64,000 nt of DNA from Caecitellus pseudoparvulus (taxonomy: Eukaryota > Protista > Bigyra: Bicosoecida): NCBI GenBank assembly GCA_965644315.1, contig CBFFRQ010000078.1, positions 370,647 to 434,646 of the forward strand, read 5' to 3'. The notes below the pieces were generated by a model. It was not told the DNA's origin. It saw nothing but the letters and a program-made list of their open reading frames with translations, and did no database searches. Position numbers and translations under genes: made by a program. The stretch's first letter is position 1, and every line of letters begins with the position of its first letter. Positions 1 to 9,256 of the stretch are shown here, piece by piece.

Positions 1-443
1 CGAGGCGGGGTGCCGTGGCGATGTGCATGTCGGCAGCGCTGCCTGTCGGCGCGAGAATGATTGCCGAGCCGCCTTCTGCCGCAGCTGCTGCGCAGTGTCG
101 AAGAAGCAGTTGTTGGCGAAGCCTGCAGTGGGAGGCAGTGCCGTGTCCCCGAAAAGGTGCACATGAGGGGAGTTCTCGGGCAGATGTGCCGCCTGCAGTG
201 CACGCACCATGTGTTTTCGGCTGTGTGGAGGATGCACGGTGCCGGCGTGTCGCCAGCTTCCGCAAGTTGACTCCACACACTGCCGCGGGGAGGGCAGGGG
301 GGCGGCGGGGATGAGCTCATGGTAGACGCAGAATGCACCCTGTTCCAGTAAGCGTTGGTGGCCAAGCACAACGCATCGGGTGGTGCCGTGCATTGTTTTG
401 GAAGTGTGGCGGCCGCAACACTGCCACCGCAGCACGGCAGGCG

Positions 444-1794
444 TCACACATCCTGCTGCCCAGGCTCACCGCCCACCTTCAGGCGGGCATCCTGGTCCAC
501 GTTCCCGCCGAGGAGCGTGTCTCGCTCCTGCTGTGTGCTGGGGCTGTGGCTTGCCGCTTTGCTGGTGGCCGTGGAGCCTGACTTGCCTGACAGCTTGGCG
601 TAGGTGTACAGAGCTGAGCCGGTGAAGGAGGTGGCGAGGCCGCCGACTGTGTAGGCTGTGGCGACGAATCCAGGGAAGAGGGCAGCCCCCACGAAGGTGC
701 TGATGACGTCTTTCACATTGCCCGTCACAGACGTCACGACTGGGCTGTTCGTGGTGGTGCACCAGAACACGGCAAACGTCATGATGACGCCCAGGCTGGA
801 GGCTGCCACGACGGCGATGGCCAGGGAGATGGAGTACCGCTCGTAGGCGGCGAGGTACTGCACTTCCCCAAAGATCACCATGCACAGCAAGGACAGTGGC
901 AGCGCCACGAGGCTGTTGTAGTACACCATGCCGAAGCCCTTCACGTTGTGTTCGTCGCTGAAGCGCTTGGCGATGTTCAATTGCACTGTGTGGGGGCGGG
1001 GGGGGCATGCGGGGGCGCGGCCCAGCTCCCGCGCCACGGCTGCTGCAACGCACCAGCTGTGATGGCGTTGTTGAAGAGGGTGAAGACGAAGCCCAGCACT
1101 TCCGTCGCAAAGGTCTGCATGCCAGCGATGATGGCACCTGCCCCGATGAGTGCCACGGACAACCTGCGTGGGCGGGGGCGGCGCGTGCCGCACGGTGGCA
1201 GGGCTGTGCCGTTGGGAGGTGCGATGCTTACATGGCCAGGCCACTTGGCTGGTTGCCGAGGATGGCCCACTCAGCAGCCATGGTGAAGATGGTGGTGGTG
1301 CGGCGCACGGCCAGGAACATGGGCACGTTGACTAGTCGCAGACCCAGGAAGCCCACGGCGATGTTGCTGACGAACAGTGTGCCGGGCAGCAGTGCACTGC
1401 GGAGGGGGTGGCATTCGATTTCCGCAGCACGTGCACGGGCTGCAAGTGGCTCCCCCCGCACCTTTTCAGGACGCGCATGCTAAATGGAGGCACGTAGAAC
1501 GCCTTGGATGAAGAGAGAAACCTCTGCACGTAAAGTCAGGGGTTGAGCAAGCTTGGGGCGTGAGATGCTGGTCCGGTTCTGGCTCTGTCACGCCAGGCTC
1601 ACCTGGGCGAAGCTTGTGAACAGCAGCGCCACGAACGTCTGCCCCGCCAGCAGGGTGAAAGGGGCCTTGAAGTCGAAGGAGGAGAGGACCCCCTTGTACA
1701 TCATGGAAATCACCATGCTGCAGCTGGCGTACAGCAGCAGCGACGCCAGCTTCTCAGCTGACGTCGCTTCGCCATGCTGCGCAGCAGACCCCAT
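444..1794 (-). CDS. Nucleotide-sugar transporter (SLC35D/GONST-like, TPT family), multi-exon
   Basis: Pieces in different frames join through GT-AG introns: MGSAAQ...LLYASCSMVISMMYKGVLSSFDF; LGLRLVNVPMFLAVRRTT; GFVFTLFNNAITA; FGMVYYNSLVALP; CTTTNSPVVTSVTGNVKD. These are typical SLC35D motifs with about 10 hydrophobic helices. Internal exon boundaries are approximate. Confidence 0.88.
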
Positions 1795-1975
1795 GCTGCA
1801 CCAGCTCTGGCCGCAGTGCGGGGAGGCAAGCAAAACTCCACTGCGGGAAGCGCACACACTGGGAAGCGGGAGTATCGTGCAACGCGTGCGCTTGATTGTG
1901 CTCCTGCGTCCGTGCACGCGACGCGACTTTGCGTCCGGTGGTCAGCACAGGGGGGCTCCACGCCAGTACACGGCC

Positions 1976-3417
1976 ATGGCGCGCGGCGGCAGTGACGCGC
2001 CCAACATGGCCTTTGCAGGCTGCTGCTGCTTCACGTTCTTCGTCAGGTGCGGTTCAGGGCACGGCAGGCGCGCTTCGCTCGCAGCGGCGAGGGCTCAACC
2101 CCTCACACTCTGCCACTGCCACTGCGACTGCAGCTGCTTCCTGCTCGGATTCTCCTTCGATACGCTGGCGCCCAACAGGTGCGTGCAGGCAGCAGGGCGT
2201 GGGAAATGGAAGGCAAGCCGCGCCCCATGCCGCCTTTCGCACGCTACCCCCCCTTTCTCCCGTGCAGGATGGTGAGCGTTGCCGGCCAGAGAGAGGTCCC
2301 AGCGACCTGAAGTGCCGCAGCAGCGTTGCAGCGCTGCCTCTGCACACGACGCCGACCTCCGCCACAGTCATTCGTGTACGATGCAAACATCCAGAAGCAC
2401 GAGTACGACAGGCTGTACAACCAAGAGGACGGCCAGGGTGGCCGTTTCTTCCTGGGTGCGTCCTGGTGCAGTGCCGTGGGCAAAGACTCCCCCCGTGGAT
2501 ATCCCCCCCCCCTCCCTTGCCTCTTGCTGCGCAGGATTGGGCCGCACATTCCTGTTTCCCTTTCCGCGTGACGTGCAGCGCATCTTGTTCAGCGCAGAGT
2601 CTGGGGCTGACTCGGATTTCATCATCGCCAAGGACTCAGAGGGCATCGACATCAGCATCTCCTGCAGCCTGCAGTACACTGTGAACCGCAACCGGGGCGA
2701 ATTGAAGGCGCTGTTTGAGCGCTTCGGGTCCCTGCAGGACGCGCTGACCGACACACCGGAGATTGCCGACAAGTGGGGTTGGACGCCCTTCTTCATCTCG
2801 TACACCCGGACCACTGTGCGCGATGTCATGTCGCGCTACAACGCCACGTCGCTGTGGAAGGACCGCGCATCGCTGTCACGTGATATGCGAAGTGCCCTGA
2901 CGGCGAAGCTGGGCGAGCACCACGTGCAGGTGCGGGGCTTCCAGCTCCTGAACATGGACATTCCCGCCGAACTGCAAAACTCCATCATCAGCACGACGGT
3001 GGAGGCGGAGGCGGTGCTGCGGGCTCGAGAGAACCTGCGCGCCATCAACGCCACCGTGGTCACTGACGTGGCAGTTCAATCCCGCCTGGCTGAAATCGAG
3101 CTGCTGGTGGCGCAGGCGGCAGCAGCCGAAGTGGAGGCGGGCGCCCAGGCCCGGAACGAGTCCCTCGTCCTCTCCATCGCGGCGCAGGTGGAGGCGGTGT
3201 CGTCCCTCAAACAGTGCGTTTCACCCCTGCACCCACACCAGACCTGCATGCCGGCGCAACACGTGCACCCCCCGCCCCCCCGCTCCACAGGTCCATGGGC
3301 CTCAACAGCACGGACTACTTGGCACTGCTGTACATGGACACGCTGCAGGCTGCTGGGGCTGGCAGCGTCAGTGTCGGCATTGCGTCGCCAGAGGAGGCAA
3401 GCGTGCCCCCTTCCTGA
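1976..3417 (+). CDS. SPFH/Band-7 (prohibitin-like) domain membrane protein, multi-exon
   Basis: N-terminal hydrophobic segment, GRFFLG-LGRTFLFPFPR, AKDSEGIDISISCSLQY, VRDVMSRYNATSLWKDR, VQVRGFQLLNMDIPAEL, then an Ala/Glu-rich coiled coil. The last exon is SMGLNSTDYLALLYMDTL...PPS. Confidence 0.75.
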
Positions 3418-3600
3418 CGCAGGCACAGCTGCAGCGGGCGTGACAATGCACAGAAAACTCCAATCCCACTCCACCCGCCGCTGTCACTGCCCTGGACGGC
3501 TTGGCGGCAGCATGGGCATCGCGGCAGCCGCCCGGCGAACCTTTGCTGCTGTTTGAGGCCAGCGCATTCTGGGCCAGGGGCAGCCAACGCAGTCAGGGCC

Positions 3601-5307
3601 ATGGATGGTGCTGGCATGGAGAGCAATGCCACCGGACCCATGCTAGTGCATGAGTACACCACTGTCCGTGCGTGGCCAAACGCTGTGCCGCGCTGTGCCT
3701 GCCGCATGGTGCCTGGCCTGGACACAGCAATATCCGCACCGCCCGAGCAGCGCTGCCAAGTGGGCATCAACACCCCTCCCCTGCACGCCCACAGCTGTCG
3801 AGTGGACCTATGTATTTGTGCTCATGACACTGCTCGTCATTGCCGTGCCGTTAATGGGGCGCTGTGGAGTGGCACAGCGGGTGTTGGTGAGTTGCAAGCG
3901 GCCAGGTGGCAGCCGCGTGCCTGCCTGCCACACAGGCCCCGCACCGCCCACTGCCGCACCGGCACTGCTCCTTCGCAGGGCGCTTTCATCGTGTGGGCGG
4001 CGGCACTGCTAGCCACTGTCATCGCCGGCGGCATCACGTGGCTGCGTCACCCGTCTGGGAATCCCATTCTGCCCGACATTGTGCAGGAGCTGGTCCCACA
4101 GCAAAAAGACATTTGCGTGCCCTTTGCGCCGGCTGAGTGGGGCTGGTGCGTGGACACGGTGGACCATGTCGACAACATGATCTCTGTGCTGGCCGGGGCC
4201 ACCTTCTTGCTCACTGCCACCCGCCGCGCACCCTGGCTCATTCTACGCCGGGTATGGATCGTGCACGCGGCAGTGCTGCTGCTGCGTGTGTTCACTGTGC
4301 TGTGCACGGCGCTGCCAGACAGCAGGCCAAAGTGCCACAAGGCCACGCCGGGCGTTGTGCCGCTAAAGGACATCACGTGGGCGGCCGTGTCCACCATCGC
4401 GCTGCAGAACAGGCTGGACGCCATCACCTGCGGGGACATGGTGTACTCAGGGCACACCTGCATCTCTGTGTGCCTGGGCATGGCCTGGCACACATACTAC
4501 AAGGTGAAATCGGGCCCCTGCGCCATCAACTACGTCAAGCTCGCCGTGTGGGCGTGGGTGGGCACCATTCTCACCCTCATCGTCACGGCCCGTCTGCACT
4601 ACACATTGGATGTCTTCCTGGCTGCCGTGCTGACTGTCGTGACGTGGGGGGCATACCACCGCGTCGCAGATGATGTCTTGCTTGGCCACCGGTTTTACTC
4701 AGTGTGGCTGGTGGATTCCCGTGTGCTGTATCCCTTTGTCGCGTGGCTGGAAGCACCACATCTGCGGGAGGTGGAGCGGAACATGGGCGCACACTCCCAC
4801 GCCCCGCCCCCGCCCTCCACCGACAACACGAGTGACGAAGGGGGCGAAGACGGCGATGCCAAGCCTAGCCTCACCCCTGTGGAGAGCGTAGAGGACGTTG
4901 TGGACACGGTGGCTGGCATGTTGCGCAAGTTGCAGTTGGCGGCTGAGGAGGCGCTGACGAATGTGTCCCAGGAAGGCCTCCGGGCGCGCACTGTGGACGC
5001 ACTGGCAGGCATGCCGAGCCTGCTGGCTGGGGATGCTGCGGGTGTCGGGCGCATCGCTCGGGACAGCTTGGAAGGTCTCTTGTCTGGGCCGGCGTCAGAC
5101 ACTTCGTCGCGTGCGAGGTCCGCGGGGCGTCGGGTGCGGGTCGCAGGCATGCTGACCCGGGAGGAGGTCGCAGTGGACGACCACGACGTCGTGGATGCCT
5201 CGGATGACGAGTCTCGCGGCAGTGCCGCGCCCACGACCCCGCCGCCTCGGCGCATGCCCCGGTCCAAGCCGCCCAAACCTCGGGCACGGAGTCGACGGGG
5301 CCGGTGA
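3601..5307 (+). CDS. Sphingomyelin/IPC synthase family phosphotransferase (PAP2_C)
   Basis: LPDIVQE motif, catalytic motifs CGDMVYSGHT and HYTLDV, and about 6 TM helices. Two short introns lie near the 5' end. Confidence 0.88.
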   Translation: MDGAGMESNATGPMLVHEYTTVRAWPNAVPRCACRMVPGLDTAISAPPEQRCQVGINTPPLHAHSCRVDLCICAHDTARHCRAVNGALWSGTAGVGELQAARWQPRACLPHRPRTAHCRTGTAPSQGAFIVWAAALLATVIAGGITWLRHPSGNPILPDIVQELVPQQKDICVPFAPAEWGWCVDTVDHVDNMISVLAGATFLLTATRRAPWLILRRVWIVHAAVLLLRVFTVLCTALPDSRPKCHKATPGVVPLKDITWAAVSTIALQNRLDAITCGDMVYSGHTCISVCLGMAWHTYYKVKSGPCAINYVKLAVWAWVGTILTLIVTARLHYTLDVFLAAVLTVVTWGAYHRVADDVLLGHRFYSVWLVDSRVLYPFVAWLEAPHLREVERNMGAHSHAPPPPSTDNTSDEGGEDGDAKPSLTPVESVEDVVDTVAGMLRKLQLAAEEALTNVSQEGLRARTVDALAGMPSLLAGDAAGVGRIARDSLEGLLSGPASDTSSRARSAGRRVRVAGMLTREEVAVDDHDVVDASDDESRGSAAPTTPPPRRMPRSKPPKPRARSRRGR

Positions 5308-5429
5308 GGTGCACTGCCTGGCAGGGGCTTGCAAAGAAAAGAAATCACAAAACACAAGGGGGTGTACGACGTCCTGCGGTGTCTCAATGCACGCTGTCGT
5401 GTGTGTGGGGCAGTGCGCGCGAGCGCAGC

Positions 5430-8318
5430 ATGGCACAGGCGGCGCCAGAGGGTCAGGCCGGCGCGGTGGGCGCCCAAGTGTCCCAGTGCCGTGCCGCGCT
5501 GTCTGGCCAGCTGTCCGTGACGCCCGAAGTAGTCATGTCCATAGCATCCTCCTTCACGCCCCCCATTTCGTTCACGCTTGACTTCCTGAAAGCCGCGTTG
5601 GCTGCGACGGGGACAGCTCACGTGGCGATTTCCGCAGTGGCCAGCATTCTGCGCGCCGGCTGCGCTGCGTTGGACCACCCTGCTGCACGTGACGCCTGCA
5701 CCGCCAATGTCATCCTGTTCATGGTAGCAGCGCTGCGTGGCTTGTGCAGCAGCCCGAGCCTGGACGTGCCCAGCACGCTGCACAGAGCCCTGGCCGAGCA
5801 AGGCTCTGGGCTGCCGGCCTGGACACGCCAGGCCCTCACACATGTGCAGGCACTGCTGGACGGGGCACACACCGGGCAAGTGAAAGATGCTTGTCTCGCC
5901 CTCCTCCTCTTGCTGGCTGTGCTGGAGGTGGCACCGGAAGCAGGCCTGGTGCAGCATGAGCTACGGCGCACCGCGCCTGCCCTGGGCACGAGCCTCTGCA
6001 ACGCAGCACACAGCCGAGTGACCCAGCCAGGGCAGCATGACTTGAGCACACTCCTGGCGTTGCTGGCCTTCCGCCGCCGTGCCGCTGGCACTGGCGCTGA
6101 CTGGGCCCACTTCCTGCAAGGCAAGGGGGGCGAGGGGTCCGCACCCCCCCCCAGCCTCACACTAGCCCCCCTCACGCTGGCCACCTTTCACACCCTGATG
6201 TCTGACATTGCTGCAGCAGCACCTGAGGGCTCTGTTGCTCTGCGCTCCATCGTTGAGGCTCTGGACGGTTCTGGGTACGAAGTGCCCCTCACACCCGCTG
6301 CCCTGGCCAGCACACCAACCTCCGCTCTCACCTCCTTGTGGACATCGAGCGGCCACGCACTTGGCGCTGCGACATCGGCACTGGGCACAGCTGTGGCATA
6401 TGCCGTGGGGGTGGGCGCACCCTCCACGGCCCCAGCGCCGTCGGCAGGTGGCATTGGCTTCAACCCCGTGACTCTGGCACAGTCTGGCGCAGTGCTGGCC
6501 AGTCGAGGTGCGACCCTGCTAGTGGGCCCACACTCGCCGCTTCTGGGCCACGGCAGGTCACGCTGGTTGGCAGACCAAGGCATGCCCCCTCTGCCCCTCA
6601 CTCACGTCGCGCGGGTCTGTGCTCTGCTGCTGCATGCGTGGGATGTGTACCTGTCCAGCGTGGGCGGCATGCGTGTGCTTGCGGGTGTGGCCCGATGGAG
6701 GGGGGGGTCGCCACCTGCCGCACCCCCCCTCCTGAAGGCCCTTCTCACACTCTGTTCCTATGCCACACAGACGTGGGACGATGCAGCCGCTTCGCTGGGG
6801 CTGGTTGTGTTACAACGCCTGACTGAGGGACTGCAGCATCTGCACATGGCACGCAGGTCGCGCGCACGTGCAGCACGTCGCACAGCCCGACGTGCCGCAC
6901 GTGCAGCACAAGCGCACACTGCTGCTTCGCGCGACACTGCCGTTGCGGAGCTGCAAGAGTTCAAAACAGATGCTGACCCGCTGCAAGATCGCGCAAGTGC
7001 CGTGCGTGAGGGGCCGCCTGCGGCTGAGGCCGAGTTTGCTTCGTGCACGGCATTGCTTGCGGCGGGATTGGCGGAGTCATCGTGTTCTGTCGTGCTGTTC
7101 CGCCGTGGCGACGTGCCACCTTCCCTGCGAGGGTCTGCACCCCACCCAGCTGCCACTGCCACACAAAACACACTGCTGGTGCCCCACGCTGTCAGCTGCC
7201 GGACGCTGCTACAGGCTGCCACGGGCACTGCCTGTGCCTGCCTCCGCCTACAACTGCGCTCCAAGCACTTGTGCCTGGCGGTGCTGCACCGAGCGCTGAA
7301 GGTGCTGCATCGAGCACTGTACTTGGTTGCACACACTGTGCCTGAGCGGGCCAGCGCCCGCCCGCGCCCACCCCAGCGCCAAGCTGAGGCTGGAGGGGGG
7401 GGCAGCAGGTCGCAAGCTGCGAGCCCAGCGCCAGCGCCAGAAGCGGCGCCCTCGCCACCTGCCCCTGCAACCACTCTGTGGCCGATGCAGTTTGATGCCA
7501 ATGCTGCGTGGGGTGCCGTGGCAGGTGCTGTGCGCAGCGTTCTGGGGCCGTCCAACGGCGGTGCAGCTTCGCTGCCTGCGTCGCAAACTGAAGCTGCCCG
7601 CACTGCCGCTGCACACGTGCAGGCAGCCCGCGCAGAGCCAGCGCCCCAGGCACCCCCCCCCGCAGAATCAAGACAGCAGACGCTGTCCCCGGCATTTGCA
7701 GCGTTGATGCGACACGTGGACTGGCTGGAGGTGTGCCGCAGTGCACTCAGCACGTGCAAGTGTGTCGTTGCGTTGGATTTGTGGCGAGCGGGCAAGGCGG
7801 GCAGCTCCTTGCAGGGCGAGAGCAGGGCAGTGGCACAGCTGGCAGCCCTGGTCCTAGACATGACCCTTACTGTGCTGCGCGGCCCAGCGCGTGTGGAGGT
7901 GTACTATGACATGCTGCGGTGTGAGGGCGACCTGGGGAAGGTGCTCGCGTACTGGGCAGCAGTGGACGCCGCAGGGCAGACTGGGGGTGAGGGGCAGGCT
8001 GCAGGCGAGTGGACGACGCTGCCACCTCGACTAGGAACGTGCTGCAGGAACTTGCAGGGGGTGCTGGCGGCACTGGGCGGCGTGCCCAGCCGCGCAGCCA
8101 TGCTGCAGGCGGCGCAGGGTTCGATGGATGATGCGTTGCAAGAGGCGTCGTTGAAGCGGGCCATCGCGCTGGAGGAGCCGTGGGGTGGCATCAAGGGCCG
8201 CTCTGACAAGACCATGGACGCCTACACGCCGCTGGCAGAGGTGAGCGAGGGCGCCTTGTTCCAAGGCTTGGCCAAGTCTCTCACGGCTGACGTGCGTCGC
8301 TGTATGCACATGGCCTGA
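5430..8318 (+). CDS. ARMH3: ARMH3/C10orf76-like (DUF1741) armadillo-like helical protein
   Basis: Ordered resemblance to recalled C10orf76 blocks: LLKALLTLCSYATQ, GLVVLQRLTE, VVLFRR, ALKVLHRALYLVAH, AAWGAVAGAVRSV, EVYYDMLR. The sequence is divergent and padded with low-complexity inserts. Confidence 0.5.
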   Translation: MAQAAPEGQAGAVGAQVSQCRAALSGQLSVTPEVVMSIASSFTPPISFTLDFLKAALAATGTAHVAISAVASILRAGCAALDHPAARDACTANVILFMVAALRGLCSSPSLDVPSTLHRALAEQGSGLPAWTRQALTHVQALLDGAHTGQVKDACLALLLLLAVLEVAPEAGLVQHELRRTAPALGTSLCNAAHSRVTQPGQHDLSTLLALLAFRRRAAGTGADWAHFLQGKGGEGSAPPPSLTLAPLTLATFHTLMSDIAAAAPEGSVALRSIVEALDGSGYEVPLTPAALASTPTSALTSLWTSSGHALGAATSALGTAVAYAVGVGAPSTAPAPSAGGIGFNPVTLAQSGAVLASRGATLLVGPHSPLLGHGRSRWLADQGMPPLPLTHVARVCALLLHAWDVYLSSVGGMRVLAGVARWRGGSPPAAPPLLKALLTLCSYATQTWDDAAASLGLVVLQRLTEGLQHLHMARRSRARAARRTARRAARAAQAHTAASRDTAVAELQEFKTDADPLQDRASAVREGPPAAEAEFASCTALLAAGLAESSCSVVLFRRGDVPPSLRGSAPHPAATATQNTLLVPHAVSCRTLLQAATGTACACLRLQLRSKHLCLAVLHRALKVLHRALYLVAHTVPERASARPRPPQRQAEAGGGGSRSQAASPAPAPEAAPSPPAPATTLWPMQFDANAAWGAVAGAVRSVLGPSNGGAASLPASQTEAARTAAAHVQAARAEPAPQAPPPAESRQQTLSPAFAALMRHVDWLEVCRSALSTCKCVVALDLWRAGKAGSSLQGESRAVAQLAALVLDMTLTVLRGPARVEVYYDMLRCEGDLGKVLAYWAAVDAAGQTGGEGQAAGEWTTLPPRLGTCCRNLQGVLAALGGVPSRAAMLQAAQGSMDDALQEASLKRAIALEEPWGGIKGRSDKTMDAYTPLAEVSEGALFQGLAKSLTADVRRCMHMA

Positions 8319-8479
8319 CGATGCCGGGAAGCATTGGCCGGGTGAAGGCAATTCATTGCACGCAGGCGTGAACAAACTTAGTTGAACGTCAACAGCGGGC
8401 GGCTGATTTAGCTTATGGGCTTCGCCTCTGCTTACTTTATCGGCTGGAAAGTGCTGGGTGCCGTGCCGATTTCCGCAGC

Positions 8480-8824
8480 ATGGAGTACGGCGCCCGACCC
8501 GGCTCTGAGCGCTTCTTGCGGCGGGCTGGACAAGCCATGGCAGGCAGCCTAGTGCTCTTTGTCGCCATAAACGTGTACTCTGTTTGGTTTGACGCCCAGG
8601 TCACCCATGACCCTGAGCTGCTGCGGGAGGATGTGGAGGCGAAGAAAGCTGCCCGGCGCCAGCGCGAGAACGCCATTCTCCTGCGCCAGCGGGAGCGCTG
8701 GCTGCAGCTGCAAGCCGAGTTAGCACAGGAAGCCCTGAAGGAGAAAGAGGAGGAGGGTGTGAGCGCTCATGGCGAGCCTACAGAGGCGGGGGAGGAGGAA
8801 GACGCCGCAGCTGAATCGAGGTAG
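8480..8824 (+). CDS. Small single-TM coiled-coil protein, possibly PET117-like cytochrome c oxidase assembly factor
   Basis: 114 aa. One TM segment (AGSLVLFVAINVYSVWF) followed by LREDVEAKKAARRQRENAILLRQRE, resembling the PET117 LRxxVxxDxxRxxxKxEN pattern. Confidence 0.45.
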   Translation: MEYGARPGSERFLRRAGQAMAGSLVLFVAINVYSVWFDAQVTHDPELLREDVEAKKAARRQRENAILLRQRERWLQLQAELAQEALKEKEEEGVSAHGEPTEAGEEEDAAAESR

Positions 8825-9256
8825 GCTGCTGGCTCCCGCTGCTGTGTCGTCCAAGACTGGGCCATCCACTGAAGCTGGAAATTGAGCGCTGGCAGGGGCC
8901 ACGCTTGTTGATCTGGTAGCCCCTTGAGGGCCCAGTCTATTCTTGGCAGATCATCGTTCTCGCCAGGTGTGTTCCTTTGCCGGGCAGGGATGCAAATGGT
9001 GTCAATGCGCTGCCGTGGCAGCTGCATCGAGCCCAGCTGCCGTTGCCAGCTGGCCAACTGCTCTGCACACGCTATTGGCCTACATGGGCCCACCACGTGC
9101 TCCTCTGTAGCATATGGCGCTCCTCATGCGCCTGCGGGCTGCGTCTTGCAGCTTCATGCACGTGTGTCAGTCTGCTGTGTAGCAATGATGAACTCGCACT
9201 GCCGCGGCGCCTGTGCCCACTGGAGCCTTAATTGGGACAAAAATGCATGTATTGTA

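Noticed and set aside
1-330. ORFs 15-314 and 61-270 at the window start
   Set aside because: No recognisable protein. A GAATGCA at 331 hints that a plus-strand gene ends here, but the frame cannot be determined.
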